From contig OZ271918.1 in assembly GCA_965602015.1 (NCBI GenBank), positions 3,392,001-3,456,000 of the forward strand: a stretch of DNA of 64,000 nucleotides, given 5' to 3'. Below the pieces are notes generated by a model that was not told where the DNA came from, did not search any database, and saw nothing but the letters and a program-made list of their open reading frames with translations. Positions within the stretch are counted from its first letter, which is position 1. The number at the start of each line of letters is the position of its first letter. Made by a program: the position numbers and the translations under genes. The DNA comes from Salinispira sp. Lineage in GTDB: Bacteria > Spirochaetota > Spirochaetia > DSM-27196 > Salinispiraceae. Shown in pieces: positions 10,479 to 19,146 of the stretch.

Positions 10479-10532
10479 AATTTTTGTAATAGAACATTGA
10501 AAACTCTTGCGGGGAGGCACCGCTTTCAGATA

Positions 10533-10680
10533 TGCCCCGAAAACAGCTGATTTAAACAGCGTAAACCGTTTGCATAATGTGATTTGTCTCTCATCCAATG
10601 AAGCCATTGATAAAACTCCTGTTTTTTATTTTCACACAGCGAGTTACACCGCACAAATCAGCTGTTTTCGGGGCAGTACC
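10533..10680. mobile_element. MITE, left TIR interrupted by IS110 (stub TGTAG at 9223-9227)
   Basis: Near-identical to 44323-44470; TIR ...TGCCCCGAAAACAGCTGATTT / AAATCAGCTGTTTTCGGGGCAGTACC. Confidence 0.85.
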
Positions 10681-10712
10681 TAAAAATAACGAGATGGGGG
10701 TATACTGTTCAT

Positions 10713-11777
10713 ATGAAAACTCTGAATCCTGCGCTTAAGGCCGTTATATATGTCGTCGCCGGAATTGCCGCGCTGTGGCTCATCATTCTGCTGCTCAATA
10801 TCCTGCCCTGGGCTCCGGGCTATCCCGGAGTTAATCCTATGCGCATCGAAGCCGGCCAGCGGCCGCACATTGTTCCCCATGGCGGGGCAAAGGAACTGTA
10901 CCCCGAAAATACCCTGCTGAGTTACCGGAGAATGCAGGAAAACGGGTGGAACACCTTCGAGGTCGACCTGTGCCTCACCGCCGACGGTCAGCTTATAACC
11001 CATCACGATTTGTCCATCGAGAGAACGTCGGGCATCCCGGGGGTACTGGTCCGCGATATGAGTTATGCGGAGCTGAGCGCTATCAACTTCGGCGTGAATT
11101 TCACCGATCCCGGCGGTCGTATGCCATATGCCGATGAGCAAACCCTCTCTCCCGAGCTTCGTCGGCTCCTGGGCCCAGCCCGGCTTGCCGATCTGTTTGA
11201 GAACTACCCTGAGAACTACTACATACTCGAGCTGAAGGATACGGTGGACGCCAGCGGCGCCGCGAATGCCGAGGCCGCTGTGCTGGAGCTTATTCGGCTA
11301 ATTGAAACCTACGGAATGCAGGACAGGGTTGTGGTCAGCAGTTTTGATGACGATGTCACTTCCGATTTTCGCGAGCGCACGGGAGGCAGCATTCCCACCG
11401 GAGCGGCGACCATGGACACCTTGATTTTCTCCGTCCTCTCGGCTCTTAATCTCGATTTTTTTATCGCCCCGGCGTACTCGGCGGTAATGCTTCCCGTGCG
11501 GGACATTATTTATCCGAACGAGCGGGCAATCATCGAACGTCTTCCGAGGGGATTGAGGAACAAGCTGTCGAGTTACGATGAGGCGAGCGACACCCTGTAC
11601 ACCAATCTTGCCAACCGGCGCATGGTAAGGGATGCCCACCGAAAGAACCTCGCGGTCTATTACTGGACGGTAAATGACCGGGAGACCATGGAATTTCTTA
11701 TCAACATGGGCGTCGATGGAATAATCACCGACAGACCTGATATTCTATCCGATCTTCTCGACGAAATGGGCCTCTGA
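10713..11777 (+). CDS. Glycerophosphodiester phosphodiesterase, N-terminal membrane anchor
   Basis: HGG...PENTL, EVD..LTADG.L...HD, ELK, WTVND, GVDGIITDRPD. Confidence 0.9.
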   Translation: MKTLNPALKAVIYVVAGIAALWLIILLLNILPWAPGYPGVNPMRIEAGQRPHIVPHGGAKELYPENTLLSYRRMQENGWNTFEVDLCLTADGQLITHHDLSIERTSGIPGVLVRDMSYAELSAINFGVNFTDPGGRMPYADEQTLSPELRRLLGPARLADLFENYPENYYILELKDTVDASGAANAEAAVLELIRLIETYGMQDRVVVSSFDDDVTSDFRERTGGSIPTGAATMDTLIFSVLSALNLDFFIAPAYSAVMLPVRDIIYPNERAIIERLPRGLRNKLSSYDEASDTLYTNLANRRMVRDAHRKNLAVYYWTVNDRETMEFLINMGVDGIITDRPDILSDLLDEMGL

Positions 11778-11837
11778 TTATCGGGTAATTTCCGGCCATC
11801 GCTGGAAATTACCCGCCGATGCTTTATAGTTAAAGGT

Positions 11838-12281
11838 ATGAAACGCGCGCTATTGATACTTGGTATCGTTTTGACGGCTGTTTCCTGCACCACAATCAGT
11901 CCCGGCGCTGCCCGGGCGGAAGCTGAATTATTGGTGAGGGAGCTCAGCCTCGGTAATGTGGACGAAGCTCTTGCCATTTCCGCCCGTCCCTTCCTCTTTG
12001 AATCGGAAATTATTGAGTCCGAGGCCATCCTCAGGGAGCTGTTGACCGGCGCTCAAGGCTGGGGTCTGGATGCCGCGTCGGTGAGCGAAGATCCCCTGCC
12101 GGATGATGCGGCGACGGCTTTCGGCTATGACGGCTGGGAGGTCGAAACCTGGTTTGCCAATTATACCGACGACAACACGGCGATAGTACTTTTTGATCTG
12201 GATTCGCACCGGATGCTGGTTATTGTCGATCGCCACTGGCGCGCCGAGAGGCGGATACAGGGTCTGGGAGAGCTGCAATGA
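11838..12281 (+). CDS. Hypothetical lipoprotein
   Basis: Signal peptide with lipobox-like AVSC. Confidence 0.7.
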   Translation: MKRALLILGIVLTAVSCTTISPGAARAEAELLVRELSLGNVDEALAISARPFLFESEIIESEAILRELLTGAQGWGLDAASVSEDPLPDDAATAFGYDGWEVETWFANYTDDNTAIVLFDLDSHRMLVIVDRHWRAERRIQGLGELQ

Positions 12282-13306
12282 AAAATACCTATAAAGCTAT
12301 AGCTCTTGTTCTGTTTGCCGTTCTCTTTCTTCTTCCCCTTTCGGCCCTCGAAGGAGAGATCGTCTTTGTGCTGGGAACCGTCGATTTTCGTACTGCCGGC
12401 GGACCTCTTGAGTTTGCCGATTTTGGAATGACGGTTCGGGAAGGCGACAGCATCATAACCGGCTTCGACGGCGAAGCCCAGCTGTCCCTGCCCAACGGCA
12501 GTTCGGTGAATATCAGCCCGGATACGGTGTTCACTTTCAGGAGCGCGGTGCTTTCTCCCGGAGGTGAACCGGAAAATGTCTTTGACGTCGTCAGGGGACG
12601 GGTGGCTTTTAAATTCAACCGTCTTGGTGACGAGGAACCGAACATCCGGGCCCGCAGCGCCCTGGCGGGAATCCGCGGAACCGAGTTCACCGTGATTGCC
12701 GCTAACGACGGACAGTCCCTGTTCGTGGTCTCTGAAGGTGCGGTCGAAGTTAGCGTCGGCGGGCGGGCGGTAAGCCTGGGGGTTGATGAAGCCGTAGAAG
12801 TAAGCCTCAGCGGGGGCGTCGGGGAAAAGTATCCGGTACTCCAGGGTAACATCGATTTTGAGGACTGGCGGAACAGCGCCGACGCCAACGCCCTGGCGGA
12901 CCCCGCCGGCACCCTGGGGGACATGACGGACCTTATGCTTGAGTATCTGGAAGCCGCCGAGGCGTTCAGGGCCGAATCCCAGTCATCTGCTTCCCGTCAG
13001 CGGGAACTCATCGATGAAATTAGTGCCCTGAGAGCCGAAGGAAAGGACGCCGATGCCGATGCCCTGGTCGAAGGGGAGTACCGGCAGGTCCAGCGCAGTG
13101 CGTCCAGCTCAGCCCTGAATTACCGCTATTACGCCCTGTCCATACAGTCCCTTCGCCGCTTCGTGGTTGCGGGACTCTATGTGGCCGCTCGGAATACCGA
13201 GCTGACTGATGGGAATAAAAATCCGGATTTCGCACAGCAGTACCGCAGGTTCCGGGAAATTTATGAAGACCGGGCAGTCAGCTTCTTTGTCCCGGCGGAT
13301 ATATAG
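12278..13306 (+). CDS. Exported FecR-domain protein
   Basis: Signal peptide; GD.I.TG..G.A.L.L.NGS and AGIRGTEF.V...V.EG.V.V motifs. Confidence 0.8.
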   Translation: MKNTYKAIALVLFAVLFLLPLSALEGEIVFVLGTVDFRTAGGPLEFADFGMTVREGDSIITGFDGEAQLSLPNGSSVNISPDTVFTFRSAVLSPGGEPENVFDVVRGRVAFKFNRLGDEEPNIRARSALAGIRGTEFTVIAANDGQSLFVVSEGAVEVSVGGRAVSLGVDEAVEVSLSGGVGEKYPVLQGNIDFEDWRNSADANALADPAGTLGDMTDLMLEYLEAAEAFRAESQSSASRQRELIDEISALRAEGKDADADALVEGEYRQVQRSASSSALNYRYYALSIQSLRRFVVAGLYVAARNTELTDGNKNPDFAQQYRRFREIYEDRAVSFFVPADI

Positions 13307-13362
13307 GAAAGACAAAAGCGTGCGGATCGGGCATATGCCGGAATCCGCACATGGAGGAAACC

Positions 13363-13764
13363 ATGGTAAAACGAATCGCACTCACCCTGATTATTCTGGC
13401 AGCGCTGGCGTTCAGCGGCTGTTCATTTCTCATGCCGACCCCCGAGGCCACCATAACCGAGTACTTTGCAGCGGTTAATGCGGGGAGCTGGAATCTGCTC
13501 TACACGTACATGCACCCCGACATGGGCGACAGGGACGAGCTCAAGGACGGCCAGGCAATTCTCGCGCCGCTTTACGACCAGGGCGAGGGAACGGTTCTCT
13601 ATCTCATAACCGAGACGTCCGGCAATACCTTCACCATTAGCGTTACCTATCCGGTCATCGGAGACGTGGTAGAAGAGACCTTTGTCATGGAGCAGGAGGA
13701 AGACAGCCTTTTCAGCCGCTTCCTGATACGCAGCTTCAGCGCCAACGGCCAGACCTTCGATTGA
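13363..13764 (+). CDS. Hypothetical lipoprotein
   Basis: GGAGG RBS, lipobox FSGC. Confidence 0.7.
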   Translation: MVKRIALTLIILAALAFSGCSFLMPTPEATITEYFAAVNAGSWNLLYTYMHPDMGDRDELKDGQAILAPLYDQGEGTVLYLITETSGNTFTISVTYPVIGDVVEETFVMEQEEDSLFSRFLIRSFSANGQTFD

Positions 13765-13780
13765 CGCCTTGGTCAGAGAA

Positions 13781-14413
13781 TCAGTAACTCCAGGGGCCCT
13801 TGCCGGGCCTGATGAGCTCCACATGGTCGTAATCCAGCCGGATTACCGTGGAGAGCCGTTTTTCCAGGGCCTCGCCTGAATCGATAATCAGGTCGATGCC
13901 CTGGATATCTTCCAGTTCCCAGCCGCACTCGAATAAATGCTCCTCGGCATACCCCGGCTCCTCGCTGTAAACATCGATCATCTGCCTGCTTGCTGTGAGA
14001 GAAAAAATCGGGGCCCCCAGAGTTTCCGCCAGACGAACAGGGATTACGTGGTCAGGTATGCGAATGCCGATTTCCGGCCGTTTGATGGAGATTTTTTTTT
14101 CGATCTTTTTTACCGAGTTCAGAATAAAAACGTAGGGCCCCGGCAGATGATGTTTGAGTAGCTTGAAGATGGCGGTGTCAAAATTGGCAATTGTACTTAT
14201 CTGGCTAATGCTCTCGCAAATCAGCGAAAACTGGCTACGCTTATCTTCCCTGAGGCGGCTGAGGTTTTCCAGACCCTTTTTCGATTCGCTTGAGCAGCCG
14301 ATTCCCCAGCTGGAATCCGTCGGATAGGCAACAAGGCCGCCGTCGGCGAGAATTGCCGCTGCCCTGGATATTACCCGGTCATCGGGGTCGTGCGCTTGGA
14401 CGTATTCAATCAT
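13781..14413 (-). CDS. Sua5/YciO/YrdC-family protein
   Basis: GGLVAYPTDS.WGIGC, LPGPYVFIL, IGIRIPD, STVI. Confidence 0.88.
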   Translation of the reverse strand: MIEYVQAHDPDDRVISRAAAILADGGLVAYPTDSSWGIGCSSESKKGLENLSRLREDKRSQFSLICESISQISTIANFDTAIFKLLKHHLPGPYVFILNSVKKIEKKISIKRPEIGIRIPDHVIPVRLAETLGAPIFSLTASRQMIDVYSEEPGYAEEHLFECGWELEDIQGIDLIIDSGEALEKRLSTVIRLDYDHVELIRPGKGPWSY

Positions 14414-14539
14414 CAGTATCTTCCCGGCATTGCTCCATTGTATCCTATCGCGGGCTTGCGGGCTATTATTTCGATGCAATCCGTAGTCATATAGCGCCTG
14501 CTGTCCTACAATTAAGGAACAGTCATTTTCTAGGAGCTC

Positions 14540-16393
14540 ATGACCGTGGCCAACATGTCATTCACTTTGGCAGAACTCATCCGCCTGGTATCGGCAAATC
14601 GCCGCAGGAGGGTAAAGGACCCCCAGTATGAAAGCGTCGCCGCGTCGAGGCAGCTGGATCTGCGGTTTTCCGGGCGAACCGTGGCCTATGAGGTGCTGCA
14701 AAACCCCCTTGAGCTCTTCGCCGATCCCGCAGCGGAGCTTCCTGCGTTCGCTCTGGTCCTGGCCCCGGTGGAAGCCTACTCTATGGAGTTTCACCGCGAG
14801 ATCCGCTGCCGGTTTTGGATTTTTGCCGGGGAATGCAACTTTACCGATTCCCGTTGGAAGGCCGGGGCGGATTTCAGTCAGAGCTTTTTTCTCGCCGGGG
14901 GTAACTGGTCACGCTCGAAGTTCGTCGGCGACGGAATATTTGAATTGGCTCAGTTCTACGGCGATACTCTTTTTAATGAAGCCGAGTTCAACGCCGAATG
15001 CCGGTTTAATTCCGCACGTTTTCACAAGTCAGTCAGTTTTAGCCTGGGCTATCTGGCGAAGTCCGCATATTTCAAGGACGTGTCCTTTTCATCAGATTGT
15101 GATTTCTCGAACGCCCATGTCGACGGCCCGGCGCTGTTTTCCGCCTCCTCGTTCGGCGGATCTGCGGATTTTACCGCGGCGGAGTTCAGTGATTCTCTTA
15201 ACTTCAACGGTGTCAACGCCCTGGGCCACGTGAACTTTTCACAGGCCCAGTTTCTTCGGGATGTCTCTTTCAGCTGGTATAAATTCGCCGACGAGGTACT
15301 GTTCAGCGGCGCCCGCTTTGCCAGCCTGGTAATCTTCAATGACGGATACTTTGCGGGTAAATGTTCCTTCGGGGACGTCAACTTTGAGGATGCGGTGACC
15401 ATTAGCGGTTCGGATTTCAAGGAGCATCTGGATATGTCCGGAGCTCTCTTTCATGAAAATGCCTACCTGGTTAACAACAGTTTCCGCCGCAATGTGTATT
15501 TCGGCGGCGTAACATTCGACGGCGGCGGGAGGGTGTTTATCGACGCTTCAATGTTCGAAGCGGACAGTTTTTTCACCGGATCCTACATCAACAAAGAAGT
15601 GCTATTTATGAAATCGAACTTCGGCAGGAGAACCGATTTTACCCAGCTGATCATTGGGGAAGCGGGAAAGCTGAACCTGATAGAATGCGTGTTTAACTCC
15701 ATTGTGGATTTTTCTGAGATTGAGGAACTCACCGGCACCATATTCATCGATAAATCGGACTTTATTCGAAAGTGCCTCCTGCAATTCTCGGTAATAAAGG
15801 GAAGTGATGGTAGTTTCTCTCCCCTGATTATCCGCGACGGGGATAAGGTCGATAACGACCTGACGATGCGGAACTTCGCGAGTTTTAGGGAGATGTACAA
15901 CAAAAATAATGAGCTTGATAACGAGCTCGAACTCCTCTACAAATCCAGGGTGTACGAGCGGCGGAAAAACTTCTCCTGGCGCAAGGGGGAATCGGTGATT
16001 TCCAACAGCGGACGAGCGCTCCTTGGGGGGCTGAGCTGGCTGTTTCTCGACCGCACAAGCCGCTACTTTACCGACTGGATGAGGGTCATACGCACCATAC
16101 TGGTGACCATTATTGCCTTCGCCGGTTTGTACGCCCTCGCCCCGGTGGTAAACAGTTCATCCTTGAATCTGGGGAATATCTCCGGCATAACGAGCAACAT
16201 AACTTCCGCAGGGGATCTTCTGGCATATCTCGGTGAAAACCTGTATTTTTCACTTATTACCTTCACCACCATAGGATACGGCGATTTACTTCCGACGGGA
16301 GTTCTGAGAATTTTTGCGGGGTTTCAAGGTTTTTTGGGAATTACCTTAACGTCGGTATTTTTAGTATCCCTGGCAAAGAGGGTACTCGGATAA
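14540..16393 (+). CDS. Pentapeptide-repeat protein with C-terminal K+-channel pore domain
   Basis: Long run of A.F...(F) repeats; YFSLITFTTIGYGD filter flanked by TM helices. Confidence 0.85.
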   Translation: MTVANMSFTLAELIRLVSANRRRRVKDPQYESVAASRQLDLRFSGRTVAYEVLQNPLELFADPAAELPAFALVLAPVEAYSMEFHREIRCRFWIFAGECNFTDSRWKAGADFSQSFFLAGGNWSRSKFVGDGIFELAQFYGDTLFNEAEFNAECRFNSARFHKSVSFSLGYLAKSAYFKDVSFSSDCDFSNAHVDGPALFSASSFGGSADFTAAEFSDSLNFNGVNALGHVNFSQAQFLRDVSFSWYKFADEVLFSGARFASLVIFNDGYFAGKCSFGDVNFEDAVTISGSDFKEHLDMSGALFHENAYLVNNSFRRNVYFGGVTFDGGGRVFIDASMFEADSFFTGSYINKEVLFMKSNFGRRTDFTQLIIGEAGKLNLIECVFNSIVDFSEIEELTGTIFIDKSDFIRKCLLQFSVIKGSDGSFSPLIIRDGDKVDNDLTMRNFASFREMYNKNNELDNELELLYKSRVYERRKNFSWRKGESVISNSGRALLGGLSWLFLDRTSRYFTDWMRVIRTILVTIIAFAGLYALAPVVNSSSLNLGNISGITSNITSAGDLLAYLGENLYFSLITFTTIGYGDLLPTGVLRIFAGFQGFLGITLTSVFLVSLAKRVLG

Positions 16394-16428
16394 TCCTCCC
16401 CGGGATCTGATTTTCGGAGTTATGTTTT

Positions 16429-17331
16429 ATGGAGCAAAAATCAGCGGGCTATGTCTATGCCGCCTCGGCATATCTGATGTGGGGCCTGCTGCCCCTTTAC
16501 TGGAGTGTGCTTAACCGGGTCCCGGCGTTGTCCCTTCTTACATACCGAATTGCATTTTCCTTCCTGTTTTCCTGGGGCGCTCTGGCAGTGCTGCGCACGG
16601 GAGCTTTTTTCCGGCGAGCTAGCGGTCAGACCTCCCCGGGAAGGTGGATCAGCCGGCGGGCAGTAAGCGCAAGCCTCCCCGCCGCGGCGCTCATTGCTGT
16701 GAACTGGTTTACCTACATATGGGCTGTGGTCAACGGGTTTACCCTGGAAGCCAGTCTGGGCTACTTTCTCACCCCTCTGGTAAACGTCCTTCTCGGCCTG
16801 GTGCTGCTGGGTGAGCGTCCGGGGCTCAGGAGAGCCATTGCCCTGGGGTTTTCTTTGGCCGCGGTAATTATTCTCACTGTTGATTACGGGCGACCCCCGA
16901 TTGTGGCTCTGACGGTGGCTTTTTCCTTCGGAAGCTACGGCTATGTGAAAAAGCGCAGCCCCTCGGATTCTCTCACCGGAATGGCCCTCGAGACCAGCTG
17001 GCTGATAATTCCCGCAGCGGCGATTATGCTGGGGGGAAATGCCCTGGAGTACCTTGTGGAAGGGCCACCGGCAATTAGCGCAATGCTGGTCCTGGCCGGC
17101 CCGGTTACCCTGGCGCCTCTGTTGCTGTTCGCTTCGGCGGCACGGAGAATCCCCCTGTTTGCCCTCGGTTTTTTTCAATACATCGCTCCCATCCTGATGT
17201 TCATAATCGGCTGGCTGGTTTTCAAAGAGGAGGTGGGGGCTGTCCGGCTGATCTCTTTTGGCCTTGTCTGGGTTGCCCTGGGAATATTTATCAGCAGTAT
17301 CATTCGCGAAAGACGAGACCGGAGTGGATAG
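16429..17331 (+). CDS. rarD: RarD-family EamA transporter
   Basis: AYLMWGLLPLYW, NWFTYIWAV...EASLGYF..PL, GFFQYIAP. Confidence 0.88.
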   Translation: MEQKSAGYVYAASAYLMWGLLPLYWSVLNRVPALSLLTYRIAFSFLFSWGALAVLRTGAFFRRASGQTSPGRWISRRAVSASLPAAALIAVNWFTYIWAVVNGFTLEASLGYFLTPLVNVLLGLVLLGERPGLRRAIALGFSLAAVIILTVDYGRPPIVALTVAFSFGSYGYVKKRSPSDSLTGMALETSWLIIPAAAIMLGGNALEYLVEGPPAISAMLVLAGPVTLAPLLLFASAARRIPLFALGFFQYIAPILMFIIGWLVFKEEVGAVRLISFGLVWVALGIFISSIIRERRDRSG

Positions 17332-18244
17332 GCGGCGAATCCTTTCCAACGCTATTCTGCTCCTTACCGCCCTGATATGGGGTTTCGCCTTCGTGGCACA
17401 GCGGGTGGGAATGAGCCATATCGGTCCCATGCTTTTTAACGGCATCCGCTTCGCACTGGGCGCCCTCTCGCTGCTCCCGCTGTACCTGATAAACAGGAAA
17501 AAGCGGCGCGTAAAAACTGGGGGCGGAGTACAGAATGCCAGGGCTTCCCGAACTGATCTGGTCAAGATTGCCTTGCTGGCCGGTCTTGTGTTGTTCGCCG
17601 GAGCCTCGCTCCAGCAGATCGGCATCGTCTACACCTCCGCGGGCAATGCGGGTTTTATTACCGGCCTGTACATCATCATTGTGCCGATCAGCGGCAGCCT
17701 GTGGAGGCAGAGGACTCCCCGTCCCGCATGGATAGGGGCGAGCCTCGCGCTGGCGGGACTGTATTTTCTTTCGGTGAAAGACGGGTTTTCCATCGGCACC
17801 GGAGACCTGTTGGTGCTGCTCAGCGCGTTTTTTTGGGCTTTTCACGTGCATTTAATTGCCCACGCCGCGCCGCGCCACAGTTCAATTACCCTGTCGATAA
17901 TTCAGTATTCCATGGTGGCGATTCTCAGCCTTTTAACCGCGCTGCTTACCGAGCCAATAGATTTTTCCCGGCTGCCGGGGGCAGTGCCCGCAATTCTCTA
18001 CGGGGGAATAATGTCGGTGGGCGTGGCCTATACCCTGCAGGTCGTCGGTCAGCGCAGGGCTCACCCGACCCATGCGGCAGTAATCCTATCTCTCGAGGGA
18101 GCGTTTGCGGCCCTGGGCGGATGGCTGTTGATCGGCGAAACTCTCAGCTCGCGGGAGCTCATCGGTGCGCTGTTGATGCTGTGCGGGATGCTGCTTTCAC
18201 AGATTCCCGAACGTCAGCCACGGTCTGCCCGGGAATCCCTGTGA
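17324..18244 (+). CDS. DMT/EamA-family transporter
   Basis: IWGFAFVAQ, LQQIGI.YT.AG.AGFITGLY, YTLQVVGQ. Confidence 0.88.
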   Translation: MDRRRILSNAILLLTALIWGFAFVAQRVGMSHIGPMLFNGIRFALGALSLLPLYLINRKKRRVKTGGGVQNARASRTDLVKIALLAGLVLFAGASLQQIGIVYTSAGNAGFITGLYIIIVPISGSLWRQRTPRPAWIGASLALAGLYFLSVKDGFSIGTGDLLVLLSAFFWAFHVHLIAHAAPRHSSITLSIIQYSMVAILSLLTALLTEPIDFSRLPGAVPAILYGGIMSVGVAYTLQVVGQRRAHPTHAAVILSLEGAFAALGGWLLIGETLSSRELIGALLMLCGMLLSQIPERQPRSARESL

Positions 18245-18274
18245 CGGGGAAATCCTGTGACGTGGATTCCCGGT

Positions 18275-19060
18275 CTAGTTTATAAGCTCTTCCACTGCGC
18301 GAACCATGGGAGCCGGAAGCTCCCAACGGCTTGTGAGGTACTCAAGCATTGCCGAGGCGGATTGCAACGTCTTGCCGTAGCCGTTGAGAAATGTCCCTAG
18401 TACGGCCTCAATACCCGGGTAGCGGAACTCAATCCGCCTGTCAGGTGAGAACCTGTCCGGTTGAACTGAATCTTCTCCCGGGCTCTCCCGGAGCATCAGC
18501 TCCAGCAGCATGGAAAATGCATGGCGTTCGACAAAAATCATCGCCGAAAGGGTCTCTCCCCGTCTGAAGCGGCACACACCCACATAGATGCAGCTGATTA
18601 TCTCCCCAAGGAGCCAATCGGCATTCCTGGACTCGTCGGCGTTTTGTGAAGGCCTGTTCTTCGGCAGTTCCAAACGTGCATCCAGTGATTCGTAGCGCCA
18701 AATAAAGCGCCCCGGAGCATATACAGCGTCATCCAGCTCTTCCGGGGAGAACAGTGCAAACTCGCAATAAATCCCGTCTTCGAAGAGCAGCTTGTAACCG
18801 TCGGCGGTATTGCGGAATTGCCATGCCACCGGCGCTGCGGCGGCGAGCCAGGAGCAGTCTCTGAGAAGACCGGGCTTTGCCTCACTCATGACGATGGCAA
18901 AAAAATCAAGGTCCGAATACGAATCGAGCCTTGAATCCTCCCTCCCGGCGGACCCGAGGCCCAGCAATCCCAGTCCCCAGTCCGAATCCCTGACGATGCG
19001 GGCTATCTGCTGAAGCCGGATTTGAAGCAATTCTGTCCGCCCGGTATCCCCTATGTTCAT
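18275..19060 (-). CDS. Pol-beta-superfamily nucleotidyltransferase (Lnu/aminoglycoside adenylyltransferase-like)
   Basis: GLGSAG...DSYSDLDF motif. Confidence 0.65.
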   Translation of the reverse strand: MNIGDTGRTELLQIRLQQIARIVRDSDWGLGLLGLGSAGREDSRLDSYSDLDFFAIVMSEAKPGLLRDCSWLAAAAPVAWQFRNTADGYKLLFEDGIYCEFALFSPEELDDAVYAPGRFIWRYESLDARLELPKNRPSQNADESRNADWLLGEIISCIYVGVCRFRRGETLSAMIFVERHAFSMLLELMLRESPGEDSVQPDRFSPDRRIEFRYPGIEAVLGTFLNGYGKTLQSASAMLEYLTSRWELPAPMVRAVEELIN

Positions 19061-19093
19061 GTGCCATCCTGTATCATCACAATTTTTTCCTGC

Positions 19094-19123
19094 CTGTCTG
19101 TCTGTCTGTCTGTCTGTCTGTCT
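19094..19123. repeat. (CTGT)7 microsatellite, intergenic
   Basis: Read directly from the sequence. Confidence 0.95.
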
Positions 19124-19146
19124 TAGTGCCTGACTGGGAAAGCCCG

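Larger units (their letters stand above)
7413..10532 (+). repeat. Tandem duplication, period 1560 bp (7413-8972 = 8973-10532)
   Basis: The last 206 bp of the DMT gene, the spacer and the whole IS110 element are repeated; ORFs at 7745 and 9305 are identical. Confidence 0.95.
9228..10532 (+). mobile_element. IS110-family (IS1111 group) element, copy 2
   Basis: Same as copy 1; right junction continues into MITE sequence TGCCCCGAAAACAGCTG. Confidence 0.92.

Noticed and set aside
16441..17625. Long antisense ORFs here and at 24637-25389, 29707-30588 and 35679-36704
   Set aside because: GC-rich shadow frames opposite well-supported genes.
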